Both the position numbers and the translations under genes were made by a program. DNA of 64,000 nucleotides, taken from assembly GCA_046262995.1 (NCBI GenBank), contig JBHELQ010000064.1, positions 37,757-101,756 of the forward strand. The letters are read 5' to 3'. Under the pieces are notes generated by a model. The model was not told the DNA's origin. It ran no database searches and saw only the letters and a program-made list of their open reading frames with translations. Below are positions 46,183-55,985 of this stretch, in pieces. How positions within the stretch are numbered: position 1 is the first letter of the stretch; each line of letters begins with the position of its first letter. Origin of the DNA: Thermoleophilaceae bacterium (GTDB lineage Bacteria; Actinomycetota; Thermoleophilia; Solirubrobacterales; Thermoleophilaceae).

Positions 46183-47606
46183 ACGACCTGCTGGTGAAGC
46201 CGGTCACCGAGCTGGCGGAGCTCGTTCGGCGGGGCGACGTCTCGTCTGCCGAGCTCGTGGACGCCTCGCTCGAGCGGATCGATGCGCTCAACCCCGAGCT
46301 GAACGCGTTCGTGCTGGTGGACGAGCAGGGCGCGCGGGCCACCGCGGCGGAGATCGGGCGGGACGACCCGCGACCCTTCGCCGGCGTGCCGATCGCGATC
46401 AAGGACACGGCACCGGTGGCCGGGCTGCGCTTCAGCTACGGCTCGGACCTGTTCGGCGACTTCGTGGCCCCCCACGACGCCTTCGTGGTCCGCCGTCTGC
46501 GGGCCGCCGGCTTCGTGATCGTCGGTAAGACGAATCTGCCGGAGTTCGGCATCCTGCCGACGACCGAGCCCCGCCGCTTCGGCCCGGCGCGCAATCCCTG
46601 GGACAGCGAGCGCACCACGGGCGGCTCCTCCGGAGGCGCGGCGGCCGCGGTGGCGTCGGGGATGGTCCCCATCGCCCACGGCAGCGACGGCGGCGGCTCG
46701 ATCCGCATCCCGGCCGCCTGCTGCGGGCTCGTCGGGCTGAAGGCGACGCGCATGCGCATCTCGCGCGGGCCCGACGTGGGAGAGGACTTCCTGGTCCAGG
46801 ACGGGGTCCTGACGCGCACGGTGGCAGAGACCGCGGAGCTGCTCGACCTGCTCGCGGGCTACGAGCCGGGAGACGCGAGCACCGCGCCGCCGCCCGGCAA
46901 GCCGTTCGCCCGGGCCGCGGCGACGGAGCCCGGCCGGCTGCGGATCGCCTTCACGACGGCGCCGCCGATCGAGACGGCGGTCGATCCTGTCGCGGAGCAG
47001 GCGGTCAGGGACGCGGCGGAGCTGCTCGGGTCGCTGGGGCACGAGGTCAGAGAGCTCGAGTCCGCGCCCTGGGGCGGGCAGGACCTGCTCCCGGTGTTCA
47101 CCAAGGTCTTCTGCAGCCACATCGCCACGGCGATCTTCTTCGGCAGCCAGCTGACGGGGAGAGAGCCGAGCCCCGAGCTCGTGGAACCGCTCTCGCTCGC
47201 CGTCTGGAACGGGGTGCGGGAGTACGGCGGGATCGACTACGTGCTGGCGAAGCTCCAGCTCGAGGGAGTCAGTCGCCAGCTGATCGCGCTCTGGGCGGAC
47301 TGCGACGTGCTGCTGACGCCGGCGCTGGCGGAGCGCCCCGTCCCGTTGGGGGAGATCGACTCGTGCAGTGACGACCCGTGGGCGGACTTCCGTCGCTCGG
47401 GCCAGTTCACGCCGTTCACGGCGATCTTCAACGTCACGGGCCAGCCCGCAATCTCGCTGCCGCTCTCCCACGGGGACGACGGCCTGCCGCTGGGAATCCA
47501 GCTCGTCGGCCCGCCGGCGGGCGAGGGCCTGCTGCTGTCATTGTCGGCACAGCTCGAAGCGGAGCGGCCCTGGGCGGAGCGCCAGCCGGAGCTGTCCCGG
47601 GCCTGA
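46179..47606 (+). CDS. amidase (amidase-signature family)
   Basis: [35 protein letters not shown]. The GTG start overlaps the ParA-like stop (GTGA). Confidence 0.9.
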   Translation: MNDLLVKPVTELAELVRRGDVSSAELVDASLERIDALNPELNAFVLVDEQGARATAAEIGRDDPRPFAGVPIAIKDTAPVAGLRFSYGSDLFGDFVAPHDAFVVRRLRAAGFVIVGKTNLPEFGILPTTEPRRFGPARNPWDSERTTGGSSGGAAAAVASGMVPIAHGSDGGGSIRIPAACCGLVGLKATRMRISRGPDVGEDFLVQDGVLTRTVAETAELLDLLAGYEPGDASTAPPPGKPFARAAATEPGRLRIAFTTAPPIETAVDPVAEQAVRDAAELLGSLGHEVRELESAPWGGQDLLPVFTKVFCSHIATAIFFGSQLTGREPSPELVEPLSLAVWNGVREYGGIDYVLAKLQLEGVSRQLIALWADCDVLLTPALAERPVPLGEIDSCSDDPWADFRRSGQFTPFTAIFNVTGQPAISLPLSHGDDGLPLGIQLVGPPAGEGLLLSLSAQLEAERPWAERQPELSRA

Positions 47607-47667
47607 CGCAAAGGGTCGCCGGGGCGGTAATGCGCTGCTAGCGTGGCCCCGTCCGGCACTCGTCCGG

Positions 47668-50202
47668 ATGACGATGCGATTCACCCGCCGCACCCGGGCA
47701 GCGCTCGCGGCGGTCGTCACGGCGACCGCCCTGGCCGGCGGAGCGGCGGCAGCCTCCTACGGCTACCCGGCGGGCGAGACCACGGAGAGCCACACGATCG
47801 TTCCCGCTCCGGGCTCGGGCTTCGTCCCGCTCACCCTCGGACCGGGCTCCCCCCGCGTGGTGCGCAGGCTGGGGACCGCCAATCAGCTCGCCGGCCGCGG
47901 CGGCCGGCGGAGCTCGCTCACGTATTTCGCCCAGCTCACGGACTTCCAGCTCGCCGACGAGGAGTCTCCCGCGCGTGTCGAGTTCCTCGACCCCCCCACG
48001 AACGAGGCCACTCAGGCCGCGTGGCGCCCCTACGAGGCCATGCAGCCCTGGGCGATCGACTGGTCGTTCAGGCAGCTCAACCGCTTCACCGGGGCCAGCC
48101 CGGTGACGCAGGCGGGCGGTCGCCGGGCGCGCATGGACCTCGGCCTCCTGACTGGAGATCAGTCGGACAACCAGGAGCGGAACGAGACCATCTGGGTGCG
48201 CGAGCTGGTCGAGGGCGGCCAGGTCCTGGACCCGAACAGCGGTGTCGGTCCCGATGCGATGGGCCACTACCCGGGGACCACCTGCACCCCCGCCGAGGAG
48301 GCGGCGCTACAGGCCAAGTGGCCGGGAGCCGGCGGGGTGGCCGCGGAGGCCGCGAAGTACACCGGCGTCCAGGACTACGGCGACTACTTCGTGGACCAGG
48401 ACTTCTACGACCCGAACAACCCACAGGGCTCGAAGTGGAGCGGCTGGCCGAAGTACACGGGTCTCATGGACAGGGCTCAGAAGCCGTTCATTCCCGTGGG
48501 CCTGCGGCGGGGCTCCCAGCCGGTCCCCACCTACGCGACGAACGGCAACCACGACGGCCTGGTGCAGGGGAACGAGCAGGCGATCAAGGCCTTCGAGGAC
48601 CGCGCGATCGGATGCTTCAAGCCCTTCGGCCCGGTTCCCGCGGGCCTGCCGCCGAGCGGCGACGGCCCGCCCGCGAGCCCGATCATCACCACGACGACCG
48701 GGTTCTTCGTGCCGCCGGACGTCCAGCGCCAGTTCGTCGACCGGATTCAGCTCAAGCAGATCTACGAGGGCGGCATCCAGGCCAACGGCCACGGCTTCAA
48801 GCTCGTCGATCCCGCCGAGCAGAGCGCTTCGCACGGAGTCGCCACCTACTACGCCTGGGACCCGAAGCCGGGGCTCCGGTTCATCAACATCGACACCGTG
48901 AGCGAGGGTGGCGTGGCGGGCGACTCGAGCAGCGGCAACATCGACGATCCGCAATGGCAGTGGCTGCAGCGGCAGATCGTCGACGCGGAGCGCGCCGGCA
49001 AGCTGATCGTGGTGATCGGCCACCACCCCATCCGCAGCCTGACCGCCCACGTGCCCGACGAGGAGGCAAGCCCCTGCAGCGCCAACGACGCTCATGGGCA
49101 TGACGAGAATCCGGGCTGCGACCGCGACCCGCGCAACTCGCAACCGCTTCACGTGGGCGCCGACCTCGTGCAGCTGCTCAGCTCCCACCATCGCGTGGTC
49201 GCCTACGTGGCGGGCCACACGCATGAGAACAAGGTGCTCGCCTGCGGTCAGCCGACGGGCTGCCCCTCGGGAGGCAACTGGTGGGAGATCACGACCTCGG
49301 CTACGGCGGACTGGCCCCAGCAGCACCGCCTGGTCGAGCTGATGGACAACCATGACGGCACCCTGTCCATCTTCGGCACGACCCTCGACCACGGCTCGGC
49401 GATCGGCATCCCAGCGAGCAACAGCTCGGCGTCGGGCTTCAGCGACGAGACCCTGGCGTCGATCGCCCGCAACATGTCCTGGAACGACCCGCAGGGACTG
49501 CATGGGCACGAGGGCACGGTCCAGGATCGCAACGTCGAGCTGCTCGTCGACGATCCGCGCACGAAGGTGATCCGCGGCACTGCCGGCAATGACGTGATCC
49601 AGGGGACGCCGGGCCCCGACATCATCCTCTGCGGCGCCGGCAACGACGTGGTGTACGCCGGTGGCGGCGACGACATCGTTCGCTGCGGATCGGGCAACGA
49701 CCGCGTCTACGGACAGGCCGGCAACGACCGCATCAGCGGCGACTCGGGGAACGACCGCCTGTACGGCGGCACGGGGCGCGACCGCCTCTACGGCCGCAGC
49801 GGTCGTGACCGCGCCTTCGGGCAGAGCGGACGCGACCGAGCCTACGGCGGCTCGGGGCGCGACCGACTCGCGGGTGGCGCGGGGCGCGACCGTCTCGGTG
49901 GAGGCCCGGGGCGCGACCGGGTGGCGGGCGGGTCCGGCGCCGACCGCATGCGAGGCAACGGCAGCCGCGACCGCATGCTGGGCGGGGCCGGCAGGGATCG
50001 CATGGTCGGAGGCGCGGGAAACGACCGCATGGTCGGCGGCTCCGGCAACGACCGCATGTTCGGAGGCTCCGGCAACGACCGCCTCGCGGGAGGCAGGGGG
50101 CGCGACCGTCTCTACGGCGGGAGGGGTCGCGACCGGCTGCGTGGGGGTCCCGGCCGCGACCGCCTGTTCGGCGGGCGCGGGCGCGACCGCTACTTCAGGT
50201 GA
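47668..50202 (+). CDS. secreted metallophosphoesterase (TIGR03767-like) fused to about 23 C-terminal RTX-type nonapeptide repeats
   Basis: MTMRFTRRTRAALAAVVTATALAGGAAAA Tat-like signal. Phosphoesterase motifs are LTGDQSDN, TNGNHDG, VIGHHP and AGHTHEN. The repeats are GGxG(R/N)DR(L/M)x. Confidence 0.8.
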   Translation: MTMRFTRRTRAALAAVVTATALAGGAAAASYGYPAGETTESHTIVPAPGSGFVPLTLGPGSPRVVRRLGTANQLAGRGGRRSSLTYFAQLTDFQLADEESPARVEFLDPPTNEATQAAWRPYEAMQPWAIDWSFRQLNRFTGASPVTQAGGRRARMDLGLLTGDQSDNQERNETIWVRELVEGGQVLDPNSGVGPDAMGHYPGTTCTPAEEAALQAKWPGAGGVAAEAAKYTGVQDYGDYFVDQDFYDPNNPQGSKWSGWPKYTGLMDRAQKPFIPVGLRRGSQPVPTYATNGNHDGLVQGNEQAIKAFEDRAIGCFKPFGPVPAGLPPSGDGPPASPIITTTTGFFVPPDVQRQFVDRIQLKQIYEGGIQANGHGFKLVDPAEQSASHGVATYYAWDPKPGLRFINIDTVSEGGVAGDSSSGNIDDPQWQWLQRQIVDAERAGKLIVVIGHHPIRSLTAHVPDEEASPCSANDAHGHDENPGCDRDPRNSQPLHVGADLVQLLSSHHRVVAYVAGHTHENKVLACGQPTGCPSGGNWWEITTSATADWPQQHRLVELMDNHDGTLSIFGTTLDHGSAIGIPASNSSASGFSDETLASIARNMSWNDPQGLHGHEGTVQDRNVELLVDDPRTKVIRGTAGNDVIQGTPGPDIILCGAGNDVVYAGGGDDIVRCGSGNDRVYGQAGNDRISGDSGNDRLYGGTGRDRLYGRSGRDRAFGQSGRDRAYGGSGRDRLAGGAGRDRLGGGPGRDRVAGGSGADRMRGNGSRDRMLGGAGRDRMVGGAGNDRMVGGSGNDRMFGGSGNDRLAGGRGRDRLYGGRGRDRLRGGPGRDRLFGGRGRDRYFR
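49567..50199 (+). repeat. in-frame 27-bp periodic tandem array (RTX nonapeptide repeats) inside the CDS
   Basis: Units such as ggcaacgaccgc...., gggcgcgaccgc.... recur every 27 nt to the stop codon. Confidence 0.9.
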
Positions 50203-50206
50203 CCTC

Positions 50207-51058
50207 CTAGAGCGCGCGCACGTCGGCCCCGCCGGGCACGAACTGGACACGGCGCACGTCGCAGTCCGGGGCCTCGCCGCGCAGGGCCTCCATCAGGTTG
50301 CCGGTCTGCTGCCAGTGGCACCAGAAGAGGACCGTGGGACCGGCGCCGGAGATCGTCGCTCCCACGGCACCGAGCTGCTCAGCCCGCTCCAGCAGCTCCA
50401 TCGAACGGGGATACAGGTGTCGGCGACGCGTCTGGTGCAGCCGGTCGCGCAGCCCGGCCCCGATCAGCGAGAAGTCGTCGCGCGCCAGGCCGAGCACGAG
50501 CTGGGCGGCATGCGCCGCGTTGTGCACCGCGTCGCCGAGCGGCACCTGCTCCGGCATGGCCGCCCGCGCCTCGCCCGTATCGATCTGCTCTGGCGGCAGG
50601 GCCAGCACCGCCTCCAGGCCCGGCGGCGGGTCGAAGCGCGTGGGCTCCTCGCCGGCGCAGATGACGAAGCCGCCGTAAAGGGCCGCGGCCACGTTGTCCG
50701 GATGTCCTTCCAGCTCGCGCGCCAGCCCGAACAACGGCGCGTCCAGCTCGTACATGTGGTCCGCGGCGCAGAGCCCGGCCACAATGGCGGCGGCGCTCGA
50801 GCCAAGCCCTGCCGCCGGCGGGATCTCGGAGCGGATCTGGAACGCCAGGTCGTCGGCCGGCTTGAGCGCCTCGAAGGCGCGCACGCACAGGTTCGAACGG
50901 TCGCTCGGCACGCCGGGCACCTCGCAGTGGACGAAGAACTCCCCGGTCTCCTCGACCGACAGCTCGAGCATCGGCGACAGGGCCGCCGCGAGCGAGTCGT
51001 AGCCAGGACCGAGGTTCGCGCTCGAGGCCGGCACCCGCACGACCCGGCGGCGCCTCAT
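50207..51058 (-). CDS. thrB: homoserine kinase
   Basis: VPASSANLGPGYDSLA, GLGSSAAA. ATGA overlap with the thrC stop. Confidence 0.9.
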   Translation of the reverse strand: MRRRRVVRVPASSANLGPGYDSLAAALSPMLELSVEETGEFFVHCEVPGVPSDRSNLCVRAFEALKPADDLAFQIRSEIPPAAGLGSSAAAIVAGLCAADHMYELDAPLFGLARELEGHPDNVAAALYGGFVICAGEEPTRFDPPPGLEAVLALPPEQIDTGEARAAMPEQVPLGDAVHNAAHAAQLVLGLARDDFSLIGAGLRDRLHQTRRRHLYPRSMELLERAEQLGAVGATISGAGPTVLFWCHWQQTGNLMEALRGEAPDCDVRRVQFVPGGADVRAL

Positions 51059-52002
51059 CCGAGGACGGCCTGCTCGACGGCGGCCAGGTCCGGCTCGCAG
51101 GGCACGACGGGCGCCGCTCGCTCCATCGCCGTCTGGGGGTCCTTCAGCCCGTGCCCGGTCAGGACGCAGACGACGCGCCCCTCGGCCCCATAGCGCAGGA
51201 GACCCGCCACCGCGGCCGCCGACGCGGGCTCGCAGAGCACCCCTTCGCGCGCGCCGAGCAACGTGTACGCATCCAGGATCTCGGCGTCAGAGACGGCTCG
51301 CACCTCCCCGCCCGACGCGGAGAAGGCCTCCATGGCGTCAGACCAGCGGGCCGGGTTGCCGATCCGGATCGCCGAGGCCACCGTCTCCGGTTGCTCGACT
51401 GGCTCGCCGCGCACGAGCGGCGCCGCACCCTCCGCCTGGTAGCCGTGCAGCCGGGGAACGGAGCCCGCTTCCCGGAAGCCCCGGCACCATGAGGTCACGT
51501 TGCCGGCGTTCCCCACCGGGATGCAGAGCACGTCGGGCGCGCCCCCGAGCTGCTCCTCCACCTCGAGCGCACCTGTCTTCTGCCCCTCGATACGGAAGTC
51601 GCTGATCGAGTTGACGAGAGCGATGGGGTGGCGCTCCACGAGCTCGAGCACGAGCTCCAGCGCCTGGTCGAAGTTGCCGCGCAGGGCGATCACGCGCGCG
51701 CCGTGCATAAGCGCCTGCGCCAGCTTGCCCGTCGCGATCTTGCCCTCCGGCACGATCACCGCGCCCCGCAGCCCGGCGCGGGCGGCGTAGGCGGCGGCGC
51801 TCGCCGCCGTGTTCCCGGTCGAGGCGCACAGCACGGCCTCCGCCCCGTCGCGGACGGCAGCCGAGACGGCGACGGTCATGCCCCGGTCCTTGAAGGAGCC
51901 CGTGGGGTTCGCGCCCTCGAGCTTCAGCCACACCTCGCAGCCGCTCAGCTCAGACAGGTGGGGCGCCGGCACGAGCGGCGTGTCGCCCTCGCCGAGGGTC
52001 AC
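51055..52002 (-). CDS. thrC: threonine synthase (5' boundary probably lies further upstream, up to 52077)
   Basis: TLGEGDTPLV, NPTGSFKDRG (PLP lysine), STGNTAAS. The conserved N-terminal VWRYRDRLPV is encoded upstream of the first canonical start (GTG 52002). Confidence 0.85.
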   Translation of the reverse strand: MTLGEGDTPLVPAPHLSELSGCEVWLKLEGANPTGSFKDRGMTVAVSAAVRDGAEAVLCASTGNTAASAAAYAARAGLRGAVIVPEGKIATGKLAQALMHGARVIALRGNFDQALELVLELVERHPIALVNSISDFRIEGQKTGALEVEEQLGGAPDVLCIPVGNAGNVTSWCRGFREAGSVPRLHGYQAEGAAPLVRGEPVEQPETVASAIRIGNPARWSDAMEAFSASGGEVRAVSDAEILDAYTLLGAREGVLCEPASAAAVAGLLRYGAEGRVVCVLTGHGLKDPQTAMERAAPVVPCEPDLAAVEQAVLG

Positions 52003-52073
52003 GAGCGGTTCGACCGGAAGCCGGTCGCGGTAGCGCCAGACCCCCCGCGGGACCGGGGACTCGGGAGCGGCGG

Positions 52074-53306
52074 CTATTCGAAGACCTCCTCGATGACGCG
52101 CACGACTCGTGGCGCGGAGCGCACGAACTCGAGCCCGCCGATCAGCTCGATGGCCGCGCGGAACTTCGACTCGAGCACGGGATGCATGACCATCACGAGC
52201 CGCGCGTCGTCGCCGAGGCCGTGCTGGACGACCGACCTGATCGAGACGCCCTGCAACCCCAGGATCTCCGCGACCTGCGCGAGCACGCCCGGGCGGTCCG
52301 CCACCTCGAGATGGAGGTAGAAGGAGAACTCCACGTCGGTCACGATCGGCTGCTCCTCCGGCGGCGCCGGCAGCGACGGCGGGGGGATCATCGCCGAGAC
52401 CAGGTCGCCCAGCACCGCGGACGCGGTCTGCGGTCCGCCGGCGCCCGGTCCCGAGAGTGTTATCTCGGTGATCGCCAGCGACTCCACCGTCACGGCGTTG
52501 AATGCGCCGTCGACGCTCGCCAGCGGGTGCCCGCCGTACAGGAACGCCGGGTAGACGTGCACGGCGATGCCCCCCTCCGTGCGCTCCGCGGAACCGACCA
52601 GCTTGAGCGACAGGCCGAGCTCTTTCGCGTAGGCGATGTCGTCCGGCGTGAGGCGCTCGATCCCTTCGAAGCTCACCTCGTCGAGATGGACGGGCGAGTT
52701 GAAGGCCAGCCGCGCCAGGATGGCCATCTTGGCGGCGGCGTCCCTGCCGGTCACGTCCTCGGTCGGGTCGGCCTCGGCATAGCCGAGCTCCTGCGCCTCG
52801 CGGAGCGCCTCCTCGTAGGTCGCCCCGGTCCGGGTCATCTGGGTGAGGATGTAGTTGGTCGTGCCGTTCACGATCCCGTGGACGCGTTCGATGTGCGCGG
52901 CCGCGAGCGTCTCCGACATCACCCGGATGGCAGGCACGACACCCGCCACCGCGGCCTCGAAGCGGAGCTGCACCCGGTTCTCGCGCGCGGCGGAGAAGAG
53001 CTCCTCGCCGAACTGGGACAGCAGCTGCTTGTTGGCCGTCACCACGTGGCGGCCGGCCGACATCGCGCGCAGGACGTAGTCGCGCGCCGGCTCGGTGCCG
53101 CCGATCAGCTCGACGATCAGGTCGCTGTCCTCCAGGATCTGCCCGAAGTCGCCGGAGCTCCGGGTCAGGACCCCCGTCACCTGCGGTCGCAGCCCGATCT
53201 CGGCCTGGATCGCCCCGGCCCTGCTCTCGAGCAGCTCCCGGAACGCCGAGCCGACGGTGCCGTGCCCGAGCAGCCCGACCCTGAAGGGCCGCTCGTCAGG
53301 CGTCAC
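52074..53306 (-). CDS. hom: homoserine dehydrogenase with C-terminal ACT domain
   Basis: FRVGLLGHGTVGSAF, VVTANKQL, DVTGRDAAAKMAILA, and an ACT-like tail. Confidence 0.9.
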   Translation of the reverse strand: MTPDERPFRVGLLGHGTVGSAFRELLESRAGAIQAEIGLRPQVTGVLTRSSGDFGQILEDSDLIVELIGGTEPARDYVLRAMSAGRHVVTANKQLLSQFGEELFSAARENRVQLRFEAAVAGVVPAIRVMSETLAAAHIERVHGIVNGTTNYILTQMTRTGATYEEALREAQELGYAEADPTEDVTGRDAAAKMAILARLAFNSPVHLDEVSFEGIERLTPDDIAYAKELGLSLKLVGSAERTEGGIAVHVYPAFLYGGHPLASVDGAFNAVTVESLAITEITLSGPGAGGPQTASAVLGDLVSAMIPPPSLPAPPEEQPIVTDVEFSFYLHLEVADRPGVLAQVAEILGLQGVSIRSVVQHGLGDDARLVMVMHPVLESKFRAAIELIGGLEFVRSAPRVVRVIEEVFE

Positions 53307-54552
53307 GGGCGGTCAGGTCCTCGTAGCGCTCGCGCCGCACCACTAGGCGCGCGTCGCCGTCCCTGCAGAAGATGACGGGCGGTCGCGGCAGGGCGTTGTA
53401 GTTGTTCGCCATCGCGTGGCCGTAGGCGCCGGTGGCCGGGACGACCAGGACGTCGCCGGGCCTTGGATCGTCCAGCAGCACGTCGCGAACCAGGATGTCG
53501 CCCGACTCGCAGTGCTTCCCGGCGATCGTGCAGAGGTCCGCGCCCCCCAGCCGGTCCGCGACCTCCGCCTCGTAGCGGGCCCCGTAGAGCATCGGCCGCA
53601 GGTTGTCCGACATGCCGCCGTCGACCGCCACGTAGGTCCGCACCGACGGGATGCGCTTGACCGTCCCCACCGTGTAGATCGTGACCCCGGCGTTCCCCAC
53701 AAGCGAGCGCCCCGGCTCGCACAGGACGCAGGCCCCCTCCGGGGCGCCGCGCAGGAGCGCGTCGGCGTAGTCCTCGATCGATGGCGGCTCGTCCTCGGCC
53801 GTGTAGGCGATCCCCAGGCCGCCGCCCAGGTTCAGCAGCGGCCAGCTTCCCATCCCGCGAAGGACCTCGGCCAGCTTCTCGTAGGCCTCCAGCTCGAACA
53901 CCTGCGACCCGATGTGCGCGTGCAGCCCCCGCAGGTCCAGCCCGGCGGCGGCGCAGCGCTCGGCGGCCATCTCGACGTCGGCGGGCGCGAACCCGAACTT
54001 GGAGTCCTCCTGGCCGGTCTGGATGTAGGAGTGGGTGGTGGGCTTGATCCCGGGCCTGACCCGAAGCATCACCCTCTGGTCGAGGTTCGGCCCCAGCCGC
54101 TCGAGCCGCGCGATCTCGTCGAACGAGTCGAGCACGATGTGGCCGACGCCCCGCTCGATCGCGGAGGCGAGCTCCCCCTCCGACTTGTTGTTCCCGTGCA
54201 GGTAGAGCCGGCCGGGGTCGTAGCCCCCCGAGAGGGCCAGGTGCAGCTCGCCTCCCGAGGCCACGTCACAGGACAGGCCCTCCTCGGCCATCAGCCGGTA
54301 GGCGGCGGTGCACGGGAACGCCTTGCTCGCGTAGACGACCTCGAAGTGCTCCGTACGCGCTCGGAAGGCCTCCATGTACGCGCGGGCGCGCGAGCGCATG
54401 TCGTCTTCCGCGTAAACGTACGCAGGCGTCCCGAACTCGCGCGCGAGCTCGACCAGGTCGCAACCGCCCACCTCCACGCGGCCGCGCTCGTTCAGCCGCG
54501 AGCCGAGCGGGTAGACGTGCGAGATCGTCGCGGTTTGCTCGGGTGATGCCAT
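53296..54552 (-). CDS. lysA: diaminopimelate decarboxylase
   Basis: TPAYVY, YASKAF (PLP lysine), HIGSQ, GGGLGIAY and CESGD motifs. Confidence 0.9.
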   Translation of the reverse strand: MASPEQTATISHVYPLGSRLNERGRVEVGGCDLVELAREFGTPAYVYAEDDMRSRARAYMEAFRARTEHFEVVYASKAFPCTAAYRLMAEEGLSCDVASGGELHLALSGGYDPGRLYLHGNNKSEGELASAIERGVGHIVLDSFDEIARLERLGPNLDQRVMLRVRPGIKPTTHSYIQTGQEDSKFGFAPADVEMAAERCAAAGLDLRGLHAHIGSQVFELEAYEKLAEVLRGMGSWPLLNLGGGLGIAYTAEDEPPSIEDYADALLRGAPEGACVLCEPGRSLVGNAGVTIYTVGTVKRIPSVRTYVAVDGGMSDNLRPMLYGARYEAEVADRLGGADLCTIAGKHCESGDILVRDVLLDDPRPGDVLVVPATGAYGHAMANNYNALPRPPVIFCRDGDARLVVRRERYEDLTARDA

Positions 54553-54566
54553 GATCGCGGGCGATT

Positions 54567-55304
54567 ATGAAGCACGCCCCGCCGCCTCAGCCGGAGCTCG
54601 GCACGCACGACGGCCTCGCATACGCCCTGTTCCTGCCCGCGGACGGGGACGAGCCGCAGCGCGGGCCCGACGTCGGCGTGGTCATTCTCCACGGCGCTGG
54701 CTCCGCGAAGGAGTCGCACTTCGACTTCGCGCGCATGTGCCGCGACGGCGGCATGGCGGCGCTGGCCTACGACGCCCGGGGCCACGGTCGCTCCGAGGGC
54801 GTCTTCGGGCCGGGAGCGATCGACGACGTGCTGGCGATGTGCGAGCTGATGCGCTCGTACGCGCCCAGCGTCGCCCTGCGAGGATCGAGCCTGGGCGGGT
54901 TCTGCGTGATCCAGGCCGCGGCGCGCGATCCCTCGCTGTGCGCCGTCGTCGCCATCTGCCCGGCGCCCGAGGACCTGCTGGTGCGTGCGCTCCGCTCGGA
55001 GGAGCTGCAGGGCTTCGATGCCGACCGCGAGGCGCTCGAGCCGTGGCTCGAGTCGCTCGACCTCTACGAGTCCGTGACACGGCTGGGACCCGAGACTGCT
55101 CTGCTCCTGCTCCACGCCCGGGGGGACGAGCAGATTCCGTACACGGCCAGCGAGGAGCTGTTCGCGGCCGCCCACGAGCCCAAGCGCCTGCTGGTCCTGC
55201 CCGGCGGGCACCACCGCTCCCTTCAGCACGACCTGGAGATCCAGTCGATCTCGCGCCGCTTCATCGCGGACGCGGCGCGGGCGGTGCGAGCGCCAGGCGA
55301 GTGA
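54567..55304 (+). CDS. alpha/beta hydrolase
   Basis: HGAGSAKESH and the nucleophile elbow GSSLGG, with late Asp/His (GDEQIP, GGHH). Confidence 0.75.
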   Translation: MKHAPPPQPELGTHDGLAYALFLPADGDEPQRGPDVGVVILHGAGSAKESHFDFARMCRDGGMAALAYDARGHGRSEGVFGPGAIDDVLAMCELMRSYAPSVALRGSSLGGFCVIQAAARDPSLCAVVAICPAPEDLLVRALRSEELQGFDADREALEPWLESLDLYESVTRLGPETALLLLHARGDEQIPYTASEELFAAAHEPKRLLVLPGGHHRSLQHDLEIQSISRRFIADAARAVRAPGE

Positions 55305-55305
55305 G

Positions 55306-55938
55306 CTAAGGAACCGGCAGGCCGCGAACGATGCTCGACAGCGAGCTGCCGGTGTCGGTCACGGTCTTGTCGAGGCTTGGATCGACGTTGCCCGCGGAAT
55401 CCCCGGCGCCGCTCGTGGTGTCATCCACCGTATTGCCGACCTGCTGCGTGGGGCTGGGGTCGTTCGAGCCGGGACCGGGGCCGCCGGGGCCGTCGCCGGG
55501 CGCGCCGCCACCACCGCCGCCGCTCGGCGTGCCTCCGCCTCCCCCGCCTCCACCGCCGGGAGCCTGAGCCGGGGTGTTCCCACCGCCGCCGGCGCCTGGG
55601 GCGCTTCCGCCGGCGGTCGGGCTCGCGGCCGGCACGGCGCCCACCGCGGCCGCCGCCGGGGCGACGTCCGAGGCGACGCGAGCCGGTCCGACGAGTCGAG
55701 CCGACGGAGTGGAATCGCTCAGCGAGAGCTTGCCGAGGTCCCCGCCGGGGCCGCCGCCGGGCCAGCCTCGAAAAGCGACGATCGCGCTGACGACGAACAA
55801 GAGGAGCAGTGACGAGCCGACCAGCAGGCCGGTCGTGCCCAGGCTCGCGATGTAGGCCCTGGAGGCTTTCACTGGGTGGACGGGGTGGTCCTGTTCCAGG
55901 TATCGGCAGCTGCGGCCGAAACCCTTAGCCATCGACAT
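55306..55938 (-). CDS. single-pass membrane protein with Gly/Pro-rich low-complexity ectodomain
   Basis: MSMAKGF..., TM helix LGTTGLLVGSSLLLLFVVSAIVAF, then GGGGGGGGTPSGGGGGGAPGDGPGGPGPG and a Thr/Asp/Ser-rich tail. Confidence 0.5.
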   Translation of the reverse strand: MSMAKGFGRSCRYLEQDHPVHPVKASRAYIASLGTTGLLVGSSLLLLFVVSAIVAFRGWPGGGPGGDLGKLSLSDSTPSARLVGPARVASDVAPAAAAVGAVPAASPTAGGSAPGAGGGGNTPAQAPGGGGGGGGGTPSGGGGGGAPGDGPGGPGPGSNDPSPTQQVGNTVDDTTSGAGDSAGNVDPSLDKTVTDTGSSLSSIVRGLPVP

Positions 55939-55985
55939 GGGTACCACTTCTTGGCCCCCGAGTCGAGTGCTCGGGCGGAGTTTCC

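Noticed and set aside
49567-50199. Strict 27-bp periodic repeat array that could be mistaken for a CRISPR or other non-coding tandem repeat.
   Set aside because: There are no unique spacers. The period is exactly 9 codons, in frame with the upstream phosphoesterase domain, and it encodes canonical GGxGxDxUx RTX units up to a stop codon. No cas genes are present.
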